Assembly: GCF_006345805.1 (NCBI RefSeq)
Contig: NC_042998.1
Coordinates: 20,770,001 to 20,834,000 of the forward strand
DNA length: 64,000 nucleotides
Direction: 5' to 3'
Source of the DNA: Octopus sinensis
Lineage: Eukaryota
The position numbers and the translations under genes are program-made. Within the stretch, counting starts at the first letter, position 1. Every line of letters begins with the position of its first letter. Shown here piece by piece: positions 25,759 through 37,785 of the stretch. The notes beneath the pieces are model-generated. The model saw only the letters and a program-made list of their open reading frames with translations. It was not told the origin of the DNA and made no database searches.

Positions 25759-25912
25759 CAACAACAACAACATTGAAAAATACCTTAGGAATGAAAACCC
25801 AGGTTTGAAATTTCCACAAAACACCTGAAGAAGGCTGGAGGGTATATCAGCCGAAACGTTGTGTTAACAACAAACAAGATGAGAAAATATATCTGTCAAA
25901 TGTAAATAATGA
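25435..25912. mobile_element. Head-to-head pair of a tRNA-headed, (AAT)n-containing element with a Penelope-like hammerhead 3' end
   Basis: Long inverted arms. The centre holds two partial tRNA-like heads (tggtgtagtggttaag; agttcgattcc). Confidence 0.75.
25820..25865 (+). ncRNA. Minimal type-I hammerhead ribozyme motif (dimeric, Penelope type)
   Basis: aacac-CTGAAGA-a-ggctg(gagggtatat)cagcc-GAAAC-GTT^gtgtt: stem I 5 bp, stem II 5 bp, palindromic AACGTT stem III. Confidence 0.6.
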
Positions 25913-26330
25913 GTATTATTGTTGTTATTTTGTCCCACATCAGTCCTGGGGAAGCTGACCTATAATCAAAGATATTCCATCCACGACCACATCATATTTT
26001 TAATTTTTAATTTTTGTTATTTATAGGCATAATGTCCTCCATTATCTAGAGGGAGATTTGACTGTTGTTTTTAAGAGTTTGAGTGACCACACATAGACTT
26101 CCTTGTTGGCAAAAGAAAAGGGAGAAAGGGCATAGTAAACTGAAGTGGTCACAATTAGTTAAGAGTGCTAATTTTAACGACCTCTGGAGAGATACAAGAT
26201 AAAGTTTGACCTTGTGGAGTGCTCGGCCACTTACATGTTAATTTCATGAGCAAGCTGTTTCATTGATTGTATCAGCTGGGACCCTTGTCATTGTAACTGA
26301 CGGAGTGGTCCTATTGTTCCTATATATATA

Positions 26331-26625
26331 TCATCATCATCATGGGTTGGACGGTTCGACTGGGGTCTGGGAAACCAGGAGGCTGCACCAGGCCCAGTCT
26401 GATCTGGCAGTGTTTCTACAGCTGGATGCCCTTCCTAATGCCAACCACTCCGTGAGTGTAGTGGGTGCTTTTTACGTGCCAGACACGGCTCGCAATGGCC
26501 ACGATCGGTTGGTGCTTCTTACGTGCCACCGGCACGAAAGCCAGTCGGGGTGGCACTGGCAACGGCCACGTTTGGATGGTTCTTTTACGTGTCACCGGCA
26601 CTGGTATCACAACTACAATTTCCAT
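26331..26625 (-). mobile_element. SINE family A
   Basis: Reverse-complement core. Confidence 0.8.
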
Positions 26626-26825
26626 TGATTTTTGAGATTTCGATATATATATATGACAAGCTTCTTTCAATTTCCAGCTGCAAAATCCACTCATAGTCTT
26701 TGGTAGAGCCAAAGACTACAGCAGAAGACACTTGCTCAGGGTGCTACGCAATGGGACTGAACCCAAAATCATGCAGTTGGGAAGCAAACTTCTTTCCACA
26801 CAGCCACGCCTGTGCTTAGTACTCC

Positions 26826-27178
26826 ATTTTTACCTCCTGTACTGTTTTCAGTCATGTTTAATTGTTTGTCCGTGGACAAGATATCTCAAGAACCACTGGA
26901 TGGATTCAGATGAAACTTTCAGGGATGTTTGGCCTTCTGACTGACATGAACTGATTAGATTTTGGGATCAATCCAATTACCGGACAAGGATTCTGGATTA
27001 TTTTTCCTGTTTTTAATTTAATTTTTGAGAGCAGTTGGGCTCATTTTTAGTATTCTTGTTTGTGAGAGCATTTGAGTTTATTTCAGATATTCTCATTCTA
27101 AAAATCACCTCCGGCTAATCGTTAAGAGGATGTTGGTGTTGCCTTGGCAGAGGTTTGCACTCTCTGAGTGCTCTTGTT
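26826..27178 (+). mobile_element. DINE-1/Helentron-type non-autonomous element
   Basis: tttttacctcc start, tgtttgtccgtgg core, 3' ccttggcagaggtttgcactctctgagtgc stem-loop end. Confidence 0.45.
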
Positions 27179-28373
27179 TTATAATAAACATTAAAAGCAT
27201 TTCATTTCTAATTAGAAAACACCTGGGAAAGTGTAACATTAGTTAAGAAAATAAACAGGTAAATTACTTTAAATTAAGCAAACATTTACCATATTAAATA
27301 GCACTGATAATGATTCACCAAAGCTTAATAGATTAGATAATTAATTCTGTTCTGATTCTTCAGAATCAAAAAAAGAAAAAAAATTACCACTTCTACATTT
27401 TGTTTGTTTGCTTGCTTTTTTTTTTTAGTTTTTTATCAACATCTTGTATAATAGTTGTCTTGAATTTCATAACTTTGCAGCTGGTTGAAGTAAACAGAGA
27501 GCTTTGTTTATAAATATCATTAGTTTATGATGTGTCATGCTACAGGCACTTTACCACCTGAATGGTAGATCTTGCCTACCTTTAGAAAACCACCAAGGTG
27601 AGATACAACTCGATGCTGTACAACTGGTGTGGATTTCTTTAACTTGCAGTGCTGAAGTTAAGTCCTCCCACGCACACAGCCTGGGGACATATGGGCTGCA
27701 TTAGAAACAATGAGCCAAGGGAAAGGGCCTCTATGCGGTTGCTTGATAACGTTTTGGATCTGAAGAAGAAAGCTAACGACTAGGTCCTTGATGTTAGTGG
27801 AATAATTAAAATGAAATGGTTTTAAGTGGAAATCAGAACCAGCTCTAAGGTGCTTACTAATGATTAGAAACACAGCAAAGAAGACGTTTGACATTTTAGA
27901 TTAAAATTTCATCTTCACAAGAAATATAATATAACATGATTTAAATGCAATCTTTATGTAATATAGCAGCTATTTCTGAATAGTCCCAAGTCAGCCCTGA
28001 CCGAGCAAACCAATGGCTATCTCTTCTGTTTAGAGATATCCAGGGGTACATTGGCTAATGTGTCCTTCCCTTTTTCAAAATAGTACAAAGTGATTTAAAA
28101 GAGAATTTGTTGCTATTTCTAGAAGGTAGAGAACAAAGGGACCCCATTGTTTGTTGAAAGTATTGCCACTTTTCACTTGTAGTGCTGACTTCCGTGTTGT
28201 TGATAGCAAATGAATGCCATTTATATCCTACAAGTCCTGACTGCTGTTGAAAAAATCTAGGAGGGAACTGATAGGTGTCAATGTTAGGAATGTTAACACA
28301 TACAAATCCAAATTCCCAATTTCATATGACATAATAATACTGTTTAAGAAAGTTAACTGAATAATAATAATAA

Positions 28374-28611
28374 TATTCTGTTGTGTTTGGGGAGAGTCAT
28401 TCTCTTTTAGTGCCTTATTTCCACTTATTTCTTATTTTTATTTTCTAAAATTTTCGTTGCGTGTTGCAACTTATTGAAAAGGTTGCAACACGCAATGAAA
28501 ATTTTAGAAAATAAAAATAAGAAAAAAGTGGAAATTTTACCGGTGAGTGTGTTAAATAATAAGACACTAAAAGAGAATGACTCTCCCCAGACTCAACAGA
28601 ATATGCTTCAA
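28374..28611. repeat. Foldback: two head-to-head copies of a dispersed repeat
   Basis: ggggagagtcattctcttttagtg / cactaaaagagaatgactctcccc arms; single copy at 43565-43700. Confidence 0.75.
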
Positions 28612-29104
28612 CACACGAACTCATATAAAGAATCTTACAAACCAAATCCAAAAACAAAAAATAATAATATTATAATAAATGTGGACAGAATAATTTTTTA
28701 ATAATTCAGAATTAAACTTTAACCTTTCCAAAAGGCTTTAGCACTCTTGTACAGACAACAGATATTTCAGCTAGAAGTCATTAACACCGTAATGTTTTAT
28801 CTTCACAGTGTAACTAAATTTAGTACCAACAACGGAGCTAAATCAATGAACTTTCCCATTTAAAAACATTGTTCAAATGCATATTCAAAAGTTATGTACA
28901 TTTGCATATTCATTACCATCATCGTTTTTAACATCCATTTTTCCGTACCTGCATGGTTCGGACAGAATTTATTTAAGGAAGATTTTGTACAGTGGTGAGC
29001 CCTTTCTGTCACCAATTTTCACCTGTTTCCAAACAAGGTGATACTTCTCTGTGGCCAGACATGTTTTCACAGAAGATTGGAAAAGAGGGGTCACTGCTTG
29101 CATG

Positions 29105-29385
29105 TCTTTGGTAGAGCCAAAGGCTACAGCAGAAGACACTTGCTCCGGGTGCTACGCAATGGGACTGAACCCAAACTCATGCAGTTGGGAAGCAAACCTC
29201 TTTCCACACAGCCACGCTTGTGCTTAGTATTCCATTTTTACCTCTTGTATTGTTTTCAGTCATGTTCGTTTGTTTGTCTATGGACAAGAACCGCTCGATG
29301 GATTCAGATGAAACTTTCAGGGATGTTTGGCCTTGTGACTCTAGCACTCTTGTACAGACGACAGACACTTCAGCTTGAAGTTACA
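29105..29385 (+). repeat. Local patchwork duplication of 26696-26942 and 28738-28780
   Basis: Reproduces the SINE/Helentron junction of the first donor, then switches to the second donor. Confidence 0.75.
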
Positions 29386-29644
29386 AGGAGATACACACAA
29401 TACATTTATTTATATATGAACACAAGAGGTGTCTTTCAGTTCCCATCTGACAAATCCACTCAAAAGCTTTGGTTGGCCTGTAAATATGGCAGAAGACACT
29501 TAACTAAGGTGTCACACAGTGGAATTAAAAAGAAACTATGTGGTTGAGAACATCTTAAATACACAGGCATATATCTACACCTATATATATATATATATAT
29601 CTGTGTGTGTGCGTGTGTATGTGTGTGTGAGCAGTGTACCGTTG

Positions 29645-29815
29645 GCGATTTTTTTTTTCCTCCGTCTTCCCTTCTTTGGATCTTTCCTTTTCCTATGTTT
29701 CTGACAAAGAGCTCCGCTCGAAACGCTATACCCTCCTTCTTTCTTGAGTGTCCAATAATACTATACTTGTTCCACGTCCACGCGTTGTTGTGTTTTCATG
29801 TTTGGATTAACTATA
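29645..29815 (+). mobile_element. Penelope-like terminal fragment with a relic hammerhead motif
   Basis: gttt-ctgacaa-a-gagc-tcc-gctc-gaaac-gct at 29697-29727. Confidence 0.45.
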
Positions 29816-29892
29816 TATATATATCATCATCATCGTTTAATGTCCACCTTCCATTCTGGCATGGGTGGGATTATATACATATATACATCTAC

Positions 29893-29963
29893 ATGGAGTT
29901 AAACGCAGGTGTTATTCAAATTGGAAGTAAAAATATTTGAATAACACCTGCATTTAACTCCAT
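29893..29963. repeat. Short foldback/MITE remnant, ~29-bp arms
   Basis: atggagttaaacgcaggtgttattcaaat / atttgaataacacctgcatttaactccat. Confidence 0.8.
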
Positions 29964-30127
29964 TTATTTATCTATGACATACAAAAAAATTTCACCAAAA
30001 CCTGGAGTTTCTACCTTTATAAGTAGGCTGTTACACCCTTGGTACTTGTATGAATTTTTGCTACCCTGGTAACTATTTTTTTTCCCGTGTTATTTGTAAA
30101 CATTGAAAAAATACACATACATTTATA

Positions 30128-30180
<53 letters not shown>

Positions 30181-30499
30181 ATGATATTTATTAAAGCTGA
30201 AAAAATCTTCACAAATTGTCTGACAAAGGGTTACATGAAATGCCGCATAACAGTTTGTGAAGATTTTTTGCAGCTTTAATAAATAGTATATTATTTTACT
30301 TTTGGTATTCAAGTACTAATTTTTCTAGCTTGTTTTGCATCTATGTGCTTACTTGTGTGTGTGTGTGCCTGTGTGTATGTATGCATGCATGAATGTCTCT
30401 TTCCACACACACATATATATAGGAAGGACATCCTGCCACAAAAATCATGCCATAGTAGACTGTAGAGCTTGGTACAGTGTTTGATTTGCAGTAGCCGTT

Positions 30500-30666
30500 G
30501 TCAGCCTGCCGGTGGCACGTAAAAAGCACCTACTACACTCATGGAGTGGTTGGCGTTAGGAAGGGCATCCAGCTGTAGAAACACTACCAGATCAGACTGG
30601 AACCGTCCAACCCATGCTAGCATGGAAAACGGATGTTAAACGATGATGAGGATGACGATGATGATG
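30500..30666 (+). mobile_element. SINE family A, internally deleted
   Basis: Core and GAT tail. Confidence 0.8.
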
Positions 30667-30864
30667 AAGGCCACCAAATAGATTATACCTGCAATTCATA
30701 GGTACTGTCCTATCTCACACTGGGTTACGTAGATTCTACCTGAGGGTTGCATCAACATTATATGTATTTGTTGAATGCTTAATCTCTTACATGCTAATTC
30801 AGTTGGTCAAGCAACTGAATTCTCATCACAGAAACGAATGGAAATGCTTTTACTTAACTCATAC

Positions 30865-31213
30865 CAGGGGTTCTCAACCATTTTTTATCTATGGACCCCT
30901 TTGAGTACTATTTTATTATGGTGGACCCACATAATTATTTGATGTTTAGAAACAAGTTTTATGGAAACTCCTTTCAAAATTCCTATTTTGTTTTTCACAT
31001 ATTCACTAAAATATTAGAGAAAGAAATTAAACTGTTTCTTGCAATAAACACCAATACACACATCTGAAGCAAAATTTTTGCAGAGGCCCTTAAAATACTG
31101 TTGTGGATTCCCTGTGTACTACTTTGTTGTGTGGACCTCCAAGAATCTTATATGGGCCTTCAGGGGCTATATGGACCCTCAGGAGCCATATGGACACCAG
31201 TTGAGAATCACTG
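30865..31213. mobile_element. hAT-type MITE
   Basis: TIRs caggggttctcaac / gttgagaatcactg; degenerate 8-bp TSD actcatac/atttatac. Confidence 0.65.
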
Positions 31214-32294
31214 ATTTATACCTTAAATATTTTAACATCTCTGATTAAAAGTCTGTGCAATAATTTGACCTGGGGCTAAATGACAAACAGCATCAACAAC
31301 AACAACAACAATTCATTAGAAATATAATGAGTAAAGAGTTCATAATTTTAACACAATGAAAAAGGGGGAAAATAGAAATTTGCAATTTGAATTGTGAATG
31401 GAGAATTGTGTCGGGATACAGGAGACAAACAACAATGAGATTCAAAGTTCTTGATGTCCAGCTATTAAATTTCAGAGTGCTTCGAGGGATCATATTTTGG
31501 TATTTGACAACCTGGTGAAAGGGATGTGCAAACAAATGCAGTGTGTGCTGCTAGCTTGGTTCTTTTCCAACAAACAGTAAAAGGCAGCTATGGTGCCAAT
31601 ACAGGATTACCTCGATTTGTTTCGAATGCTGCCACAACCGTCTTTGCAGCTTGTGCATAACCCAAGACATGATGATGTCGTTAGATGGAGTAGTTGTCAG
31701 AAATAAGCTTCAGGAACAGAACTGTGTGTAACAATGGTTATTATTAAATTTGAAAACAGAAGGAACAAATTTCATTTAAAAAAAAAAAAAAAACAAATAG
31801 AAAGTTGTAAAAAAGTAAAAATCTTATTGAAAAATGTATGAGCGTTATTTTGTTAACATTATTTTCTTAAAATTCACAAGAAAAAATGGATGAATTCAAG
31901 TTTAATAAGATACATATGAAATGTGTGTGTGTTTGTGTGTGCAGGCCCTCTGAGAAGAATTCTACTAAAATTTCAAAGTTTCTTTTGGAGGCCTTTCTTC
32001 CTGAAATGTCTTCCAAAATGTACAAATATTTTCTGTAAACCCAGAGAGTTCTTAGGCCCAGATACAATGTACCCAACTACCCCACTCTCATTATCCTGGT
32101 ATATAAGACATTACTCCAAATATAGCAAAAACTTGAGTGAGAGACAGGGTTGTGAAGGTAGGGAACACTGCTCCTTCCTCCTAACTAAACCATGGAAAAG
32201 AAGAAAAATGGCAGGATCGTCAAAGATGAAATATAGGTGTGAATGATGACAAGAGATGAGAATTTATTCTTTTAGTCTTTTACTTGTTTCAGTC

Positions 32295-32680
32295 ATTTGA
32301 CTGCGGCCATGCTGGAGCACCGCCTTTAGTCGAGCAAACCGACCCCAGGACTTATTCTTTGTAAGCCCAGTATTTATTCTATCGGTCTCTTTCGCCAAAC
32401 TGCTAATTTACGGGACGTAAACACACCAGCATCGGTTGTCAAGTGATGTTGGGGGAACAAACACAGACACACAATGATACACACACACACACACACACAC
32501 ATGCATATATATATACATATACGACGAGCTTCCTTCAGTTTCCGTCTACCAAATCCACTCAGAAGGCTTTGGTCGGCCCGAGGCTATAGTAGAGGACACT
32601 TGCCCAAGATGCCACGCAGTGGGACTGAACCCATGACCATGTAGTTGGTAAGCAAGCTACTTACCACATAGCCACTCCTG
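32295..32680 (-). mobile_element. SINE family B, full length
   Basis: Complete consensus. Confidence 0.85.
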
Positions 32681-33009
32681 GCTAATTAAATTAACTAAAA
32701 TAATTTTTTTTTCAAAAAATTATTTCAGTTTTTAATCTTTCTACAAATTGCATAAAACAGCATACTAAAATTCAAGGTGGTTGAGAAAACAAACCTGTTC
32801 CTGGTAAATATTCATAAGAAAAGCAAACAGACACCAATTCTCTATGGTAGGAGTGACACACAAGTTGTGACAGATCAAACCTAACCCTTTTGTTACCATA
32901 TTTCTGTTGAAATGCGCTGCTTTCATTTCAACTAACTTTGAAAATAACAAAGAATTTAGTAAAATAACTTTGTCATAAATTAGCACGAAATTTTGATAAG
33001 TGAAATCGA

Positions 33010-33366
33010 AATCGCTAAAAAATCAATGGAGATTGTAATTGTGATAGCAGTGCCGGTGGCATGTAAAAGAACCATCCGAATGTGGCCGTTGCCAGCGCCG
33101 CCCTGATTGGCCTCCATGCCGGTGGCATGTAAAAAGCACCAACCGATCGTGGCCGTTATCAGGCTCGCCCGGCACCTGTGCTGGTGGCATGTAAAAAGCA
33201 CCCACTACACTCATGGAGTGGTTGGAGTTAGGAAGGGCATCCAGTTGTAGAAACACTGTCAGATCAGACTGGTGCCTGGTGCAGCCTCCTGGCTTCCCAG
33301 ACCCCGGTTGAACCGTTCAACCCATGGTAGCATGGAGAACAGACGTTAAACGATAATGATGATGAT
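33010..33366 (+). mobile_element. SINE family A
   Basis: Core and GAT tail. Confidence 0.85.
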
Positions 33367-33605
33367 TTTAAAACAGGGAGCTTGTTTCATAGAACCAGGA
33401 GCAGATTCAAGGGGGTTGGTATCAAAAGGGATTCTAACAGGAACAATGAAAATACCCACAACACCTTTGACCTCAAAGACCTATGAATCAGTAGCCTAAT
33501 TCCTTATTCACTTGGGCATAACACTTCCAAAATATAAGTCACTGAGGAAGCCTCTTCATAGTTGCTCAACCTGCTATAAATGGTAATCAAATCTCTCTCA
33601 AATCA

Positions 33606-33990
33606 CATCATCATCATCATCATTGTTCGACCGTCGTTGAGACAATGGAATTTACTATGTTACGCCAGACTTCACGATCCATCATAGCATTACGGAGGTC
33701 CTGTTGCTGGATGCCTGTATCCCTAGAGATTACATCAGGGTAGGAGAGTGTGCGCCCTCTGGTATCGCGAGTAGATGGCTTCCAGAGGAGAAGAGTAGAA
33801 ATGACCTCGTTTTCAGCCCTACAACAATGTCCAGCAAACTGGACTCTTCTACCTTTCACAAGAGATGATACAGGTGGTAGTTTCCCATATATTTGTACTT
33901 TGGTTGGATGACACTTCCACGAGAGATTTTGAGCTCTCATAAGGAGGCAAGTGTAAGTTCCATCCAACTGCCGCTCAAGCCATCTTAAAA
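33606..33990 (-). mobile_element. RTE-clade LINE 3' end, open frame of ~125 aa
   Basis: WKCHPTKVQIYGKLPPVSSLVKGRRVQFAGHC...AMMDREVWR, then GAT tail. Confidence 0.8.
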
Positions 33991-35914
33991 GAAGCAAGGG
34001 AGGGCATACTCAATAATGAAGTATTTGATACACTGTCTGATTTAAAAAAAAAAAGACATAATGGCCACAACTGAAAAAAAAAAAAATTTATGATACCAAG
34101 TCTGCAATATCAGGGCTAACCTGGGACTCAACAACAACCTCGAGAAGTCAGCCAGTATTTTACAAAAATAGTTTTCTATCTCAATTCATATATGATCCTC
34201 TTAATTATACAGAAACAATCACTCGACCTATTCATTTACAAACAAGAATGCATGACACGATTTTCAGATACAATGTGAAATTACATTAGTATACACAACA
34301 TGTACACACACACATGAGTTCAGTGGCCTCCGAAAGAACAAGCACCAGCCCCCACAAAAACGAAAGAAAAATACTCCACTCCTTCCCTATTATTAATGAG
34401 AAGGCAAAAGCTTGCATCCATATAGTTTTTGTATTCCCCCCCCCCCCCCATGGTAGTGGACAAGTTGGAAACTATCATAATTTCATAAAACACAGCAAGT
34501 TACCTGCCCACTTTTGAATACTCACAACCCCTACACACATCCACACGCTCTCATGAAAAATATTGCACTAGCTCACCACCAGTTAGTCAGTTAGTAATTA
34601 CTCACTGAAATCATCAACATTGTTGTTTTAATTTCCACTTCCCCATACTTGCAGGAGCTGGATGGAATTTACTGAGGCAGATTTTCTAGTCAGATGCCTT
34701 TCCTATTTCTTGTCTTCTTGTCTTGAGACAGCATTCACCCGGGGTGGTATTCAATTTTTGCCATTATGCAAATTATATTGGACAAAAAAATTATTTATAA
34801 CTATTTTTCTACTTATAACCATCTATTTCCATTTATCAAAGTAGGTAGGGGGGCTCTGAAAGGGGTCTCAGGGAGTAGCATCCCTGCCTTCTTGAGCTAG
34901 TTTTCCACCACATTTCTTAAAAATCTTGGTAGAGGCCCTGGTCTTGGGATCACTCATGTCTAGAATCTGAGGTTGCAGGTAAGCAAGAGCATGCTCCTCG
35001 TAGAAAATCCAGCTCAAAAAATGTTTCATGATAGCAAAGGAGAATGGGCACCAACCAGCCCAAAGGTTGGGGTGGGCTGCACCTGCCTATCTCGGTTTCT
35101 ATGAGATTTCCATTGAGGTAGATCCGGCCACCCCCGGTAACAGGGGCAAAATCCAGATTAATAACACTGGATCATGATGATGATGAAGGCAGGTTTGCAG
35201 TCTAGCAACACCAAAAGATGATGTCCATACTCAACACTTCACCTGCTAATAATCAAAAGCATCACAGTTTCGATTCCCAGACTGGGCAGAGGAATTGTAA
35301 GCAAAACACTTCATTTCACATCAATCCAGTACAACCAGTTGGAAATCACTACCAGCAGCAGCCAGAGATTAATCCTGTACCAGAGTAGAATCCTATTCAG
35401 AGGGAAGTATTGTATTCTTGGTCTCTGGTATACCATTGAAATCAAGATAAACACTGGCCTAATGGGCTTGAAGGCTCATGACAACCTAAGACCTAATTAG
35501 AAAATTTAGATAGGTGGTTATATACTGAATGACATACACAGTCCCTATTGATTTTTTTTTTTAGAAGTGGGAACATCATTCAATAGAACACCACCAACCT
35601 TGAATTATCTTAATTCGTGCTACTGACCCATTTGAGTTATTTCCCTCAACACAATTTTTGTCATTATGCAAATTATGCTGGACAAAAGAATCTTAGTGGA
35701 CAGACTTCAACTTTTTCCACACAAGGGATTTTTTGTTAACCAAACATTTACGTTCTGAAGTTCAAATGTTACTGAGGTTGACTTTGCCTTTCATCCATGT
35801 GGTGGTGGAGGGGTCAATAAAATAAGTACCAGCTGAACACTGGGGTTGATATAATGACTAGTACTTCCCCACAAAATTTCAGACCACGTGCCAATAATAG
35901 AAAAGATTATGCCA

Positions 35915-36110
35915 GTACCACTAAACTGGCCCTTGTGCCGGTGGCATGTAAAAGCACCCACTACACTCTCGGAGTGGTTGACGTTAGGAAGGGCATCCAG
36001 CTGTAGAAACTCTGCCAGATCAGATTGGAGTCTGGTATGCCAGACCTCAGTCAAATCGTCCAACCCATGCTAGCATGGAAAGCGGACATTAAACAATGAT
36101 GATGATGATG
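35915..36110 (+). mobile_element. SINE family A
   Basis: Core and GAT tail. Confidence 0.8.
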
Positions 36111-36884
36111 ATTATTATTTATAACTCTATCTAGTCCAAGTTACACTATTCAAAACGACTTATCTTTATAACTATTTTTCTACTTGTAAGTACATTACTT
36201 ATCAAAACAGATTTACAGTGTAACAAGATAGATATACCATATTTATCAAAAAGATGCATATATCATATTTATCATTCAGCTGGTAGTTTGCCAGTGAAGT
36301 ATGTTCATTAGCTCAGTATTCGTTGGGTATGTAATTATGAGAGAAATTGGAAGATGGAATACATGAGAGTCCTTATTGATCAATACAACTGTTTAAACAC
36401 AGCTAGCATCAATCCCTCATGGGTGGGATACTGCTTTGTTAGTGGTCGTTTTAGAGCTATATTAGAAGACATTTGCCCAAGATTGCACACAGTAGGACTG
36501 AACCCAGAACCATGTGGCTGGAAAACAAACTTCTTAATAAAGATCAAATTTTTCTATTAGGTATGAAAATTCAATTTTCTGTTAAATTAATTCTGAATTT
36601 CTTGAAATTCTCTTTATTTTTTTTTTCTGAGATTTTACTAACAACAGAAGCTAGATTTTTGTCTTCTTTCTCTAAGAGCCAGTTTGCAATCTAGTGAGGT
36701 GTGTGTGTGGCATGCAGTACATCAGCATCTAACTGAATTATGTAAATTCATGCCACTGTCCAACTTAAGCTATTGACCTTAGCTAGTTCTTTGTACATAC
36801 TAATTAGGTGGGAAACATCTGCGAGTGTGCTCAAGCACATGCACACACATATGCCTGTGTTCAAATGATGTGCATGTGTATATA

Positions 36885-37055
36885 TAAAAGCCCCCACTAC
36901 ACTCTCGGAGTGGTTGGCGTTAGGAAGAGCATTCAGCTGTAGAAACACTGCCAGATCAGATTGGAGTCTGGTGCAGCCATCTGGTTCACCAGACCTCAGT
37001 CAAATCGTCCAACCTATGCTAGCATGGAAAGCGGACGTTAAACGATGATGATGAT
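36885..37055 (+). mobile_element. SINE family A, 5' truncated
   Basis: Core and GAT tail. Confidence 0.8.
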
Positions 37056-37092
37056 ATATATATATATATATATAATATATATATATATATAT

Positions 37093-37449
37093 TGTAAATA
37101 TAATATGTGACAATTATTCGGTAGCCATGATAAAACTCTGAGTTTTGGATGTCGGGGCGGAGACCCACACCAGCATCTCTTCAGTTATTAGGCCATCGAA
37201 AAAAAATTCCATTGAATAATCGATGTAGTAGGCCTCTGTATTGAATTCTTCTGCGGGGCAGAGTCCTCAACCAAGTTCTGGCGATTTTCCAAAATAAGCT
37301 GTTTTAGCCCTTACGAAAAAATAGCAGTGTACGGGATTTTTTTCAATGGCCCGATAACTGAAGAGATGCTGGCATGGGTTTCCACCCCGACATCCAAAAC
37401 TCAGAGTTTTATCATGGCTACCAAATAACTGTCACATATTATATTTACA
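37093..37449. mobile_element. Foldback/MITE with ~115-bp inverted arms
   Basis: tgtaaatataatatgtgaca...gatgtcgggg / ccccgacatcc...gtcacatattatatttaca, in a TA context. Confidence 0.8.
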
Positions 37450-37539
37450 TATAAATTCCTCTATTTACATAATATCAAGGTCTTTTTCATTCTTTTGTTG
37501 TCTTGCCATTTCTATCAATATATATTTATATATATATGT

Positions 37540-37785
37540 GGAGGCGTGTGGCTTAGTGGTTAGGGTGCCAGCGTCATGATCGTAAAATTGTGGTTTCGAT
37601 TACTGGACTAGGCGACATGTTGTGTTCTTGGGCAAAACACTTCATTTCACGTTGCTCCAGTCTACTCAGCTGGCAAAAATGAGTAACACTGCGATGGACT
37701 GGTGTCTTGTCCCCAGCTGAAGAACACATATACCATAGAAACCGGGCTCATGAGCCTGGCTAGGCTTTAAAAGGGTACATTTATT
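37540..37785 (+). mobile_element. tRNA-headed SINE (family D-related)
   Basis: ggcgtgtggcttagtggttaggg A box, ggtttcgatt B box. Confidence 0.7.

Noticed and set aside
28455-28510. Hammerhead at the centre of the 28.4-kb foldback
   Set aside because: It has a stem (gttgc/gcaat), GAAAA and a palindromic aaaatttt, but no CUGANGA core here or in the 43565 copy.
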